A stretch of 64,000 nucleotides of DNA from Squalus acanthias. Taxonomy: Eukaryota. The stretch is taken from positions 80,602,001 to 80,666,000 of the forward strand of contig CM059432.1 of the NCBI GenBank assembly GCA_030390025.1. Reading direction: 5' to 3'. This document shows, piece by piece, positions 35,977 through 48,800 of this stretch. Every line of letters starts with the position of its first letter. Positions within the stretch are counted from its first letter, which is position 1. The notes under the pieces were generated by a model. That model did no database searches. It was not told the DNA's origin and saw only the letters and a program-made list of their open reading frames with translations. The position numbers and the translations under genes were made by a program.

Positions 35977-36650
35977 GGGGGAAAAATTGCGTCGCGCCCC
36001 CTTTGGGGCGCTAACTTCGCTCAGAAAATGAGCGCCCCCATGGCCGAAATTCACTGGGAGCGCCCCAAGAGTAGCGCTCCGCCTCCCTCTTGGGGTGCTG
36101 CGAGTGAATATCGCAGCGCTACGTGGCGCTGCGGCATGTCACACCGCGGTACTGCAGGCCTTCCTTCCCTTATTAAAGGAAGGGGCCTCGCACAGCGCGA
36201 CCCGGGGCCCAGCTGGGCCACCAGGGATCGGAGTGCCGGCAAAAGAGCCCAGCACTCAAGAGAAGTGCCGGGCTCACGGAGCGCAGCCGGCACTCCATGG
36301 GGAGGCTGCTCTGGAGGCCGGGGACGGCAACGGGGGCAGGTGCTGGCAGGCGGCCAGCAACAAAAATAGCCGCCCGGCACTTCCCCTTTAATTTACGCTG
36401 CCCCGGCCGCAGGTAGGCCCCCCTGACCCTGTCGGACATAGCGCCCGGCGGTAAGTCGGGGCGCTACCGAAGATCGCGGCCGGGGCGCAAGCAGGGCGTT
36501 GCGCACGGCAATGACGTCATCGCCGGCGGCGCAGCGCCGTGGGGCGCTAACGGTTACCGCCGCCGTTAACCTCCCGCTGAATTTCGCGGGAGGCGTTGGC
36601 GGCGCCGCCCCCAGGTGCTAATTGATTTGTACCCCGTTAGCGCCCTCTTA
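35977..36650 (+). mobile_element. GC/CpG-rich MITE, inverted sister copy of 62142-62876
   Basis: Starts GGGGGAAAAATTG, is collinear with the reverse complement of 62180-62876, and contains many TAGCGCC/GGCGCTA motifs. Confidence 0.8.
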
Positions 36651-36940
36651 AATTAGAGAGAAGACAATGAAGTCCATTCTCCTGGAATACAGATCCTCTG
36701 TGACCTCTTGGATGCAGCGATGGATGGCGAACTGGGAGATGTTTGCTATATCTCCTACTCCAGACTGGAAGGATCCGGTGGTGAAAAAATTGAGGGCCAC
36801 AGTGACCTTGCAGGCCACTGGTAGCGCTGTCGTCACCCTGCTCTGAGGCTGCAGGTCTGGTTGCAGGAGGTGGCGGAGTTCTGTGACCACCTCCTCGGTG
36901 AAGCGGAGCCTCCGAATACACTGCTCCTGGCTTGAGTGCA
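36651..36940 (-). pseudogene. Harbinger/HARBI1-type transposase N-terminal (HTH) fragment
   Basis: Encodes QEQCIRRLRFTEEVVTELRHLLQPDLQP...ALPVACKVTVALNFFTTGSFQSGVGDIANISQFAIHRCIQEVTEDLY...FIVF. Confidence 0.85.
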
Positions 36941-36941
36941 G

Positions 36942-37147
36942 AATCATAGAATCATAGAATGGTTACAGCACAGAAGGAGGCCATTCAGCCCATCGAGCCC
37001 CCCATCTCTCTGCAAGAGCACTTCAGCTAGTCCCACTCCCCCGCCCTTTCCCTGTAGCCCTGCAAATTTTTTCCAGTCAGGTACTTATCCAATTCCCTTT
37101 TGAAAGCCAGGATTGATTGTGCCTCCACCACCCTTTCAGGCAGTGCT
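36942..37147 (-). mobile_element. CR1 3' end
   Basis: (agaatcat)n tail followed by sequence nearly identical to 45896-46070. Confidence 0.8.
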
Positions 37148-37504
37148 GTGAAGGAATTCTACCATATAACCTTTTTAGAAAAATACACTAAATTGCCTTT
37201 TTAGAAAAATACACTACCTTATGAAAGAATTCTGGCCTTGTTGAGATAAGAAAGTGGTTGACCCTGAAGAGTACTTTATAAAGAACTCTACCTTATAAAT
37301 TCTTTAAAACATGACAAACTGGATTTGGAAATTATGAAACCTATCTATGAAATAGCTATGAAAGAATTCTGGCTATCGAAACAGGACAGTTTGTTGACCC
37401 TGAATAAGTAACCTTATTAAAACAGAAGAATGGTTGGCCCCGAATGGGTAACCTTATTAAAACAGGACAATGGTCAACCCTGGATAAATGATCTTGATTA
37501 AACC

Positions 37505-38760
37505 TCCTAAGAGGGCGCTAATAGGACGCAAAGCAACTAGCGCCTGGACGCGGCGATGTTTGCGCCACTCGCGAAATTGACCAGACATTTTGCAGTGGCG
37601 CAAAACACTACTGCCATGATCTCCTGTGCCTGCAGATCGTGACGTCAGTCGAGCGTGCATTGCCCCGATAGCGCCCCGGACTGGATATTGAGTGGCGCCC
37701 CCTGCCTTACCGCCCATGAGGCCCATGACTGAGAGCAAGTGGTCTGAGCAGAACCCTTTAACGGAGAAGCAAGGCCCTCTCCACTTGCAGCAACACTCCC
37801 TGTCACCTCACCAACTTTAAATAACTGTAGAAGGCTCCAAACAGTTGCACAAACTTACACAGAGCCGGTAGAAATCAAAAAGCAATTCAGCTGCAAGTTG
37901 TTGATGATTCCCTTTAAACAGCACTGGTGTGTGGTCCTTCCTGCTGCTGAATGCATGTTCAGCTGGTTGTGATTTGGAGAGTTAAAAGGAGCAGCGACGT
38001 CTAAAATAGCAGATCGTGTGTCAAATCAGCACTGCATGCTCATTGACATCACGATCGGCCTCATTTCCATATCTGCAACGAGCGCAGGCATCAGCAGCAC
38101 TGCCGACCTGCCAGAAATGGCGGCCATTGCAGGACTCGCCAGAAGCGGGCGGAAGCGAGGTGGCCGCCATTTTGTCTTCCAAACCGGCCTGAATGGCCGG
38201 CACAAACGGGTTCAATTTACCGGCCTATTTATTTATTTTTGCTGTAATCATGTACATTGCGGGGGGGGGAAACAAGAAGTGGAGGCTGGAAGGGAGAGAT
38301 CGGGGTCAGCGGGGGTGGGGGCGGTGCCTGGAGAGATTGTGGGTCGAAGATTTCACCTGGGGGGGCGGGGTGGTTGTCGGCCGATGGCGGGGGTCCGATT
38401 GCTGGGTGGGGTGGTCCGATCGTGGGGAGATTAACAGGTTTGCTTGGTCGGGTGGAGGAAAGAAGTCCTGATCCTCCTGGTCCATAAGGAGTGCTGGATA
38501 GGCACTCACCTGTTCAATCTAACTGTTCTCGCCATTCCAAGGCCTGGGAAACCTCGCCGGCCAGTGTTAAATCTGAAATGGAGGTAAAACCAGAGGCACA
38601 CAGCTTCATTAGAATATTTAAATGAGAGACCGCCTCTGGAGATCAGGTTAGTTGTTTGCCTTCCCAACACGCCTCCCTTAAAACCGGAAGTGGTCGGGTT
38701 GAGGTCCGGTTTCCCACCTTTTCATTTTTAACCCCACACCTCCTGGTAATAAAATTACCC
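37505..38760. mobile_element. Composite of Harbinger/MITE terminal fragments
   Basis: Bases 37505-37580 match 62180-62255. Bases 38470-38760 match the reverse complement of 50-350 and end in AAAATTACCC. Confidence 0.5.
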
Positions 38761-39016
38761 ATATGTATTAGACCATAAGAAACTCAACAATTTGAAAAAA
38801 ATAGCTTTTCTAATAATGTTTGTTGTTTACCAAAGTACCAAATTGTAAACCGTACTCTCTTAACTGCCTCAGTAGTTGATGTATGTTGAATACAAGCCCA
38901 ATAGGTTAATGAAATATGATCAGCGTCATTAAAAATCCATAAAGCACTCCATTTAAAATGAGCACTTTGCGATGGTAAATCAGTAAAGTGTATTTTTTTG
39001 TTTTTGTATCTGACAG

Positions 39017-39099
39017 GCGATGAGCTACCTTGCAGTGTACGCATTTCCCATGATAAGCAGGATAAGCTGCACGGCTGCTTAGAGCATCTCTTTAGCCAG
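39017..39099 (+). CDS. PREX2: PREX2 internal coding exon G (83 nt, phase 1 to 0)
   Basis: Acceptor tttttgtatctgacag|GC and donor CAG|gtgag. Encodes (G)[27 protein letters not shown]. Confidence 0.94.
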
Positions 39100-40297
39100 G
39101 TGAGTCAAAAGTAAACCAAATCCAGCCTCGTTCGCAAATGTTTGTTGGCAATCTCTCTTTTTTTCCCCCCAATCAGAAGTTAAATTCTGAATATTATTTA
39201 AAGCAAGGTGAATATATAGGGATTCCTACGAACATTCTCAGGATGTTTTAATGTTCTTTCACAATTATCTTTGCTACAAAATGTATTCCCACTATAAGAC
39301 ACCTGCGCAAAATGCAATTTTATCTGCTCATAAGAAGCCAGCTTGTTGAAGTGTGTCCTTTGCTGGTTGTGGACTTTATTGGAGGCATTCGAAAGCATTC
39401 ATAAAACTATTTTACTTTACTGTTTTAACCACACAGGGGAGAAATTCAACTTACCTTTGCCTGCATTTTGGGTGTAAAAAGGTCGCTGGGCCTACAAATT
39501 TCGGGTGATGACCTCCCGTGCCCAAACTGCTCTGCAAGTAAGCCGGTCACAATATTGGAAGCAGGCGCCTTTTAGGTGTCCAGGGCACCTGCTTGAAACA
39601 AATGATGTGCCTTGTATATGCAAATCGGGGTGCTAACACCGGTTGTAGGACCCTGATATAAAATTTGGGTACAAATGGGTGGAACTTGTCCATGCAACCT
39701 CCACCTAGTTTGGTACCAGGTCTTGAGTGGTCTAAACAGTGGTCCTTAAAAGGAACGCTGGCAATTCCTCAAGAAATGGTCACAAAACTTTTAAAAGTTA
39801 CATTTCTGTGGCGCATGGCTCGTTCCCCTCGGTCTGGCTTGGCAACAGAGCTGGCCAGAATCCGTCAGGGCCTGACCATGAGTTGCCTTTCTGCCCCAAC
39901 TTATTACTGCTTTGCCTGTGTGAAACTCTCTACTGGGCATGAGGCTGAACACCCCAGCACTACTACAGTGGGACACTGTTACTACAAATGCTGTTATTAT
40001 AAACCTCTTCTGGTCACAATTGATTTCTCTGGTGCCAGCAGATACTGAATTGCAGTCCAGAGAGGAGTTCAAACTTTGATAAAGTGATCCCTTGATAACT
40101 ATGCTTTACAAGTCTCCATGAATTTATAATAACATGGTCTGACTGAATGTTATTCTCATCAGTAATTGTGTTTTCCTTTGTACTGAACCAAGTGCTGGGG
40201 CATGGAATATTAAAAAATTTCTCCTCAATACACTCAAAACCACGTCAAGAACTCTTATGTGAGACGTACAACTGTCCACTATTCTGGAAATGTATCT

Positions 40298-41317
40298 ACA
40301 ACAACAACAACAACTTGTATTTATATAGCTCCTTTAACGTAGTAAAACATCCCAAGGTGCTTCACAGGAGTATTAAAAGACAAAAAAAAATTGACACCGA
40401 GCTACATAAGGAGAAATTAGGGCAGGTGACCAAAAGCTTGGTAAAAGAGGTAGGCTTTAAGGAGCATCTTAAAGGAGGGAAGAGAGGTAGAGAGGCGGAG
40501 AGGTTTAGGCAACAGAAGGCACGGCCACCAATGGTTGAGCGATTATAATCAGGGATACTCAAGAGGGCAGAATTAGAGGAGCACAGATATTTCAGGGAGT
40601 TGTGGGGCTGAAGAAGATTACAGAGATAGGGAGGGGCGAGGCCATGGAGGGATTTGAAAACAAGGATGAGAATTTTGAAATCGAGGCATTGCTTAACGGG
40701 GAGCCAATATAGGTCAGCGAGCACAGGGATGATGGGTGAATGGGACTTGGTGCGAGTTAGGACACGGGCAGCTGAGTTTGTGTAGAATGTGGGAGGCCAG
40801 CCAGGAGTGCATTGGAATAGTCAAGTCGAGAGGTAACAAAGGCATGGATGAGGGTTTCAGCAGCGGATGAGCTGAGGCAAGGGCGGAGACGGGCGATGTT
40901 ACGGAGGTGGAAATAGGCGGTCTTAGTTATGCTGCGGATATGTGGTCGGAAGCACATTTCAGGGTCAAATATGACACCAAGGTTGTGAACAGTGTGGTTC
41001 AGCCTCAGACAGATGTTAGGGAGAGGGATGGAGTCAGTGGCTAGGGAACGGAGTTTGTGGCGGGGACCGAAAACAATGGCTTCGGTCTTCCCAATATTTA
41101 ATTGGAAAAAATTTCTGCTCATCCAGAACTGGATGTCGGACAAGCAGTCTGACAATTTAGAGACCGTGGAGGGGTCGAGAGAAGTGGTAGTGAGGTAGAG
41201 CTGGGTGTCTTCAGCGTACATGTGGAAACTGACGCTGTGTTTTCGGATGATGTCGCCAAGGGGTAACGTGTAGATGAGAAATAGGAGGGGGCCAAGGATA
41301 GATCCTTGGGGGACACC
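40298..41317 (-). mobile_element. 5'-truncated L2 LINE (RT C-terminal half and 3' UTR with (TTG)n tail)
   Basis: Encodes GVPQGSILGPLLF...FHMYAEDTQLY...WMSRNFFQLNIGKTE...LIHAFVTSRLDYSNALLAGLP...LYWLPVKQ. Confidence 0.92.
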
Positions 41318-42479
41318 AAGTTACAACCTTAGAAGAACAGTCCCTTCTATATCAGTAATGAATGGATTGTGAGCATAGAAGCATTGGACATAGGTTTAAA
41401 ATTAGCAAGCTTCAAGCAAGGCTAGATTTTATAAGAAACCTTTTAGCACCACAGAGTAGTGGATATGTGGAATCGGCTCCCAGCAAAACCAGTTGAGTCT
41501 GAGCCAAATTATTCAATTAAAGAGAAGTTAGATAAGTATCTGCTGGGGAATGGGTCTGGTGGGTATAAACTGAGAGGACAGGAGCGATAATGGTTACTGT
41601 GCTGATGGGACAGGGATGTTCATTGGAAAATGGCAGTCCAGAATTGAATAATGGATAAGGACGAATATTCTTGAGTTTGCTCGATTGCTTTGAAAATCAA
41701 GGAGTACTTACCAGGAGATTTAATGGCTAAAGGGGCGCTTATTAGGCAAGCCTCTCAATTCTGCCGCATTTGGCAGGAATTTCATCCATGAGATACCAAT
41801 CTTACACCCTCCTGTCTGAGGAGCATAATCTCAAGCCTCTACTGTCCCTCTAAATCTGGACATTGTGGTTTTCTTTTGCTTTCTCCAGTAATATTGGCAA
41901 TTGAACACACAGCCATGCAGGATATGAAGAGAGAAATAGAAAATGGCAGAGAACCTAGGGGAAGATTTCCTCTATGCACAAATTTCTTTCTAAATTATTA
42001 ACAATTTCACTGCACGGAGCAGAGGAGGTCTTACTCCACAGTGTGAGAAAGAAAATAAATTGAGACAAAAGGAGAAGAAAAATAGAGAGGAAGAGAAAGA
42101 AAAAAATCAAAGAAAAGAGAAGGCAGTAAGAGAGAGGAAAAAATACATACATTGATACCGTGTGTATAAAGCACGGAAGGGTGCAGTGTTGGCTGTATTT
42201 TCACAGTCGGCAGTGGGAACCATGCATTCACTGCCTGCTCACATTGCTGTAAAGGCGAAGGAGACAGAGCTCAAAAATTGAAAACAGCCAATAAGATTGT
42301 TTGCCTTTTCAGTCATTGAAATGTGATTAGCAGGACAGTAAGCTACCAGCTTATTCTTACTTTGAAGCTGACCTTTTCAGGATGGGAGGACTGCACACCA
42401 TATTTTATACTGTATCGAATACTTGTTTTTCTCAGTGTAGGTGATGTCTAATAGAGATTAGTAGAAAATGATTATTCTT

Positions 42480-43290
42480 GTAATTACCATAAAAGTTCAG
42501 TGCGATGGTTACCTTGTTAGCGACAGGCAGTGTTGTCTAGGCCCTGGTTTGAGGCTGCAGTGTTGGCTGCAGCAGCAGACATAGCTCGGTACAACGTCCT
42601 TGGCAAAGTGAAGGCACCTCATACATTGCTATTCAGTGAAGTTGAGGTAGGAGAGTTGCTCACTGTAGACCCTCTGTGGATATGGCCTCCTGATGAGTGT
42701 CTTCCTCCTCCTTCTCCTTCTTCTAGCAGCTTGTCCTGCTCTGTGGTGTCGTCCTTGGTGCTCCCAATCGTGCTCTATACCCAAAGGCAACCCCGCCAGA
42801 CCACCCATGTTTGCAGCCAGACAATCTGTGAGGAAAACAACAACAGCTGTGCAAAAGCAGCCAAACCTCTCTCTATGTCGACAAAGTGAACTCTGAAGAG
42901 TGGTAGAACTGAGCAAAAAATGCCTAGAAGTCAAACAGCAGCCAGAAGTAGTGAACCAACAACTAGCCTGTAAATGTTGCATGATCCCTTCAAGTTTCGC
43001 TGGTGACAGGGCCTTCATGGTGGTTCGCGTCCCGTTGCGCTGAGCAAGGTCAGCACGTAGCGTCCAATTAGCTGGGACGGGCCAAAATGGTGAGTGCGTC
43101 CTGCATGTAGCACATGACCCTCATCTGCATAGGTTTTAAGCAGCCAGAAAATTAATGCGAGCGCTACCTCCTACACCAAAATGGCGGGCTGTGCACTTCC
43201 TGTTGGAAGTGTGCACGCACATCACTCCCACCATTTTGATGGCCGTATAGCGCCTGAAAAATGTGTACTATGCAGTCCAATTTCTAGGCC
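42480..43290 (-). mobile_element. Harbinger 5' end with a decayed transposase N-terminus
   Basis: Terminus AATTTCTAGGCC. Encodes RRRRRRKTLIRRPYPQRVYSEQLSYLNFTE*QCMRCLHF.../LQPQTRA*TTLPVANKVTIALNFY, homologous to 36651-36940. Confidence 0.75.
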
Positions 43291-43829
43291 ACAATATCCA
43301 GGTCAGCTTACGAAGGGATGCTATTGTTACAGCCTGGAGTTACTCTATCACATAATTAGACGTTGGGCAGTTTGGGCACACTGCTGAACATAGGTTGCTC
43401 AGTCTGCTTACACAGGTGATGAGCACTGCTGTACCCGAGAGAATGGGCCATAACTTGCTATCAAAATAATGGAGAAGCTAATGGTGCTCACCGCAAATCC
43501 TACAGCAACTTCAGGCGAGGGCAGATGCGCGGTTAAACATGGAAATCCAAAAGTTGCTGTCCAAGATGTGCCACTCCACTGTTAGCGTCGCAAATACGAC
43601 ATTTTGCTGTCAGCCTCAGCATTGAAATGCTATGAATGGCGTGAAGGTGGTGTACTTGCACGGTAGATACAAGCTAAACTTGCCACAGAAAGTTAAGTCT
43701 TGTCATTTTCAGTCCAAGTACCGCGCAGCCAGTGAGGCGGCTTTTAAATTGAAAAATACGCGCATGTGCCGACTTTTGACTGGGCTGTGCAGCCCGTTAA
43801 AGGGGCCATGCGGCCCAAATAAAATTATG

Positions 43830-45592
43830 GGGGGAGAAATTGGCCTCCTTTGCGTCTCCCGTTTGCGCCTCCGGGGGACGTTAACCGGGCGCTACCGGCT
43901 TTGCGATCTGGCACGACATTAGTACCGATGTGGTGCTTTGCGGCGGCAGTAACCACTAGCGCCACGATCTCCTGCGCCCGGAGATCGTGATGTCATTGTC
44001 CTGCGGATTGCCCCGGACCCGAACTTCGGCTCCCCCCCTGCAGCATCGCCGGGCGACAACACCGACAGCTGCAGGAGGCATTGTTCGGGAGACCGGGCGC
44101 TTCGGGGGCGCAAGTTAAAGGGGATGTTGGCGCGGTAAGTATAAAATTGTTGCAATGCATTATTTCAATTTTTTCCATTTTTCTTCGGCCGCGATCAATC
44201 AGCCAGGCACGCTGCTGGAGTGCATGGGGCTGATCGGGCTGGATTGCGGCTGTCGTCGGGAACCAACTAACTGGTCCCAATTGCAGATGATACAAAGATG
44301 GGAGGGAAAGTAGTGAATGAGGAGGACATAAAAAACCTGCAAGGGGACATAGACAGGCTAAGTAAGTGGGCAGAGATTTGGCAGATGGAATACAACACTG
44401 GAAAGTGTGAGGTGATGCACTTTGGCAGGAAAAATCCTAGAGCAATTTATTATCTTAATGGCAAGAAACTGGAGAGTACTGAAGTGCAAAGGGATCTGGG
44501 GGTCCTGGTGCACGAAACTCAAAAGGTTAGTATGCAGGTGCAGCAAGTGATTAAGAAGGCAAATGGAATGTTGGCTTTCATTGCTAGGGGGATAGAATAT
44601 AAAAATAGGGAGGTATTGCTTCAGTTGTACAAGGTATTGGTGAGACCGCACCTAGAATACTGCATACAGTTTTGGTGTCCTTACTTAAGGAAAGACATCC
44701 TTGCTCTCGAGGCAGTGCAAAAAAGGTTCACTCGGTTAATCCCGGGGATGAGGGGGTGGTCATATGAGGAGAGGTTGGGTAGATTGGGACTCTACTCATT
44801 GGAGTTCAGAAGAATGAGAGGCGATCTTATTGAAACATATAAGATTGTGAAGGGGTTGGATCGGGTGGATGCGGGGAGGATGTTCCCGATGACGGGTGAG
44901 ACGAGAACTAGGGGACATAGTCTTAGAATAAGGGGCTGCTCTTTCAAAACTGAGATGAGGAGGAACTACTTCACTCAGAGGGTGGTAGGTCCATGGAATA
45001 TGCTGCCACAAAAAGCTGTAGAAGCTACAACATTAATTAAATTTAAAACAGAAATAGACAGTTTCCTAGAAGTAAAGGGCATTAAGGGTTACGGGGAGCG
45101 GGCAGGAATTTGGACATGAGTCTAGGTTCGGATCGGTCATGGCCCTGTGGGTAGTGGAGCGGGCCCAGGGACTGTGTAGCCTGATTCTGCTCCTATTTCG
45201 TGTGTGCAATTCTGTTAGATGCAGGAGATGGTTCTGTGATAGATAGTAGATTGGCGGTTAGGATCAGATCAGCCATGATCTTATTGAATGGCGGAGCAGG
45301 CTCGAGGGGCCGATTGGCCTACTCCTGCTCCTACTTCTTATGTTCTTATGTTCTTATGTTCTTTAAGGGAGGGAAGGAGCCTCGGATCTCGGCAGCGCTG
45401 CACAATTACCGTCCCGCCTGCGTCCTTTAGCGCTCCAGGAAGGAAGTGGAGCACTTGATTTAGCGCTCCACTTCCTTCTTGGAGCGCTAACAGTCAACTG
45501 AAAGGAAGCTTAGATTCATTAGCGCTTGGCGCTAATTTTTCAGGAATTCACAAATTAGCGCCCCAAACGGGCTGATAGCGAATTTCTCCCCC
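43830..45592. mobile_element. GC-rich MITE with perfect 12-bp TIRs, interrupted by a CR1
   Basis: GGGGGAGAAATT ... AATTTCTCCCCC, with repeated TAGCGC motifs. Confidence 0.8.
44278..45362 (+). mobile_element. Young 5'-truncated CR1 LINE (open RT C-terminus 44298-45119)
   Basis: Encodes ADDTKMGG...WQMEYNTGKCEVMHFG...RDLGVLV...LVRPHLEYCIQFW...SYEERL...RRMRGDLIETYKI...TRGHS and ends in a (ttcttatg)n tail. Confidence 0.93.
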
Positions 45593-45893
45593 ACAGGGAA
45601 TGTTGGTGTTAATTACTGCCAAACAACCTCTCTGGCACTGAAAATTAACTATTACAAATGTGGAGTCTCCTTCCTTCAGATTTTAATTATTGTTGGAGAT
45701 TTTTTGAATGTAAAATTTTAAATTAAAAACATTATTTTTACTTCTCCTTTCTGTCTCTTTTTTCTCTCTCTCTTAATCCAATCTTTCTTTCCCTCTCTTT
45801 ATTTCTCTTTCTGTACCTAATTTGATATTGAATTCACCCACTCCAATTTACCTGTCCTTCTCAGTCCTTGCACTGTTAACTTCACAATCCTTC

Positions 45894-48800
45894 AATCATA
45901 GAATGGTTACAGCACAAAAGAAGGCCATTCGGCCCGTCTGCAAGAGCACCTCAGCTAGTCCCACTCCCCCGCCCTTCCCCGTAGCCCTGCAAATTTTTTC
46001 CCTTCAGGTACTTTCCCAATTCCCTTTTCAAAGCTGTGATTGAGTCTGCCTTCACCACCCTTTCAGGCATTGCAGTCCACATCCTAACCACTCGCTGTGT
46101 AAAAAAGTTATTCCTCATGTCGCCTTTGGTTCTTCTGCCAATCACCTTAAATCTGTGTCCTCTGGTTCTCGACCCTTCTGCCAATGGGAACAGTTTCTCT
46201 CTATCTACTCTGTCTAGACCCCTCATGATTTTGAACACCTCCATTAAATCCCCTCTCAATCTTCTCTGCTCTAAGGAGAACAACCCCAGCTTCTCTAGTC
46301 TATCCACGAAACTGAAGTTCCTTATCCCTGGAATCATTCTCGTAAATCTTTTCTGCACCCTCCCTAAGGCCTTCACATCCTTCCTAAAGTGCAGTGCCCA
46401 GAATTGGACACAATAGTCCAGTTGAGGCCGAACCAGTGTTTATACAGGTTCATTATAATTTCCACGCTTTTGTGCTCTGTGCCTCTATTCATGAAGCTCA
46501 GGATCCCGTATGCTTTTTTAACTGCTTCCTCAACCTGCCCTGCCACCTTCAACAATTTGTGCACATAGGTCTCTCTGTTCATGCACCCCCTTTAGGATTG
46601 TATCCTTTAGTTTATATTTCCTCTCTTCATTCTTTCTACCAAAATGTATCACATTGCACTTTTCTGCATTAAATTTCATCTGCCACGTGTCTGCCCATTC
46701 CACCAGCCTGTCTATGTCCTCTTGAAGTCTATCACTCCACGTGATATCAAGAAACAGCTGAGCGCACTGGCTACAGCAAAGGCTATGGGTCCCGACAACA
46801 TCCCGGCTGTCATGCTGAAGACTTGTGCTCCAGAACTAGCCGCGCCTCTCGCCAAGCTGTTCCAGTACAGCTACAACACTGGCATCTATCCGGCAATGTG
46901 GAAAACTGCACAGGTATGTCCTGTCCACAAAAAGCAGGACAAATCCAATCCGGCCAATTACCACCCCATCAGTCTACTCTCAATCATCAGCAAAGTGATG
47001 GAAGGTGTCATCGACAGTGCTATCAAGCGGCACTTACTCACCAACTGATGCCCAGTTTGGGTTCCGCCAGGACCACTCGGCTCCCAACCTCATTACAGCC
47101 TTGGTCCAAACATGGACAAAGGAGCTGAATTCCAGAGGTGAGGTGAGAGTGACTGCCCTTGACATCAAGGCAGCATTTGACCGAGTGTGGCATCAAGGAT
47201 TCCGAGTAAAACTGAAGTCAATAGAATCGGGGGAAAAACGCTCCACTGGCTGGAGTCATACCTAGCACAAAGGAAGATGGTTGTGGTGGTTGATGGTCAA
47301 TCATCACAGCCCCAGGACATCGCTGCAGGAGTTCCTCAGGGCTGTGTCTTAGGCCCAACCATCTTCAGCTACTTCATCAATGACCTTCCCTCCAACATAA
47401 GGTCAGAAATGGGGATGTTCGCTGATGACTGCACAGTGTTCAGTGCCATTCGTAACTCCTTAGAAAATGAAGCAACAAGACCTGGACGATGCTCAGGCTT
47501 GGGCTGATAAGTGGCAGGTAACATTCGCGCCACAGAACTGCCAGGCAATGACTATCTCCACAAGCAAGAGTCTAACCACCGCCCCTTGACATTCAACAGC
47601 ATTACCATCACCGAATCCCCCACCATCAACATCCTGGGGGTCAACATTGACCAGAAAGTTAACTGGACCAGCCACATAAATACTGTGGCAACAAGAGCAG
47701 GTCAGAGGCTGGGTATTCTGCGGCGAGTGTCTCACCTCCTGACTCCCCAAAGCCTTTCCACCATCTACAAGGCACAAGTCATGAGTGTGATGGACTGCTC
47801 TCCACTTGCTTGGATGAGTGCAGCTCCAACAACACTCAAGAAGCTCGACACCATCCAGGACAAAGCAGCCCGCTTGATTGGCACCCCATCCACCACCTTA
47901 AACATTCACTCCCTCCACCACTGGCGTAACGTGGCTGTGGTGTGTACCATCTACAAGATGCACTGCAGCAACTCGCCAAGGCTTCTTCGGCAGCACTTCC
48001 CAAACCCGCGACCTCTTCCACCTAGAAGGACAAGGGCAGCATGCGCACGGGAACACCACCACCTCCAAGTTCCCCTCCAAGTCACACACCATCCTGACTT
48101 AGAAGTATATCGCCGATCCTTCATCGTTGCTGGGTCAAAATCCTGGAACTCTCTACCTAACAGCAATGTGGAAATACCTTCACCACACGGACTGCAGCGC
48201 TTCAAGAAGGTGGCCCACCACCACCTTCTCAAGGGCAATTAGGGATGGGCAATAAATGCTGGCATTGCCAGCGACGCCCACATCCCATAAAAGAATTTAA
48301 AAAAACTATCCTCCTCACTGTTCACTATACTTCCAAGTTTTGTGTCATCTGCAAATTTTGAAATTGTGCCCTGTACACCCACATCCAAGTCATTAATATA
48401 TATCAAGAAAAGCAGTGGTCCTCGAACTGACCTCTGGGGAACACCACTGTATACCTTCCTCCAGTCCGAAAAACAACCATTCATCACTACTCTCTGTTTC
48501 CTGTCACTTAGCCAATTTTGTATCCATGCTGCCACTGTCCCTTTTATTCCATGGGCTTCAACTTTGCTGGCAAGCCTATTATGTGGCACTTTGTTGAACG
48601 CCTTTTGGATGTCCATGTACACCACGCCAATCGCATTGCCCTCATCAACCCTCTCTGTTACCTCATCAAAAAACTCGATCAAGTTGGTTAAACACGATTT
48701 GCCTTTAACAAATCCCTGCTGGCTTTCCTTAATTAATCCACACTTGTCCAAGTGACTGTTAATTTTGTCCCTGATTATTATTTCTAAAAGCTTCCCCACT

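Noticed and set aside
36028..36439. GC-rich ORFs on both strands (also 62212-62809)
   Set aside because: They reflect stop-codon scarcity in GC-rich MITEs, and the frames are not conserved between the two copies.
36648..36947. Host HARBI1 gene
   Set aside because: It is only an N-terminal fragment bounded by repeats, with no DDE core. It is a transposon relic, not the domesticated gene.
37170..37470. Short direct repeats that might suggest a CRISPR array
   Set aside because: The units differ from each other, spacing is irregular, there are no cas genes and the context is a vertebrate intron.
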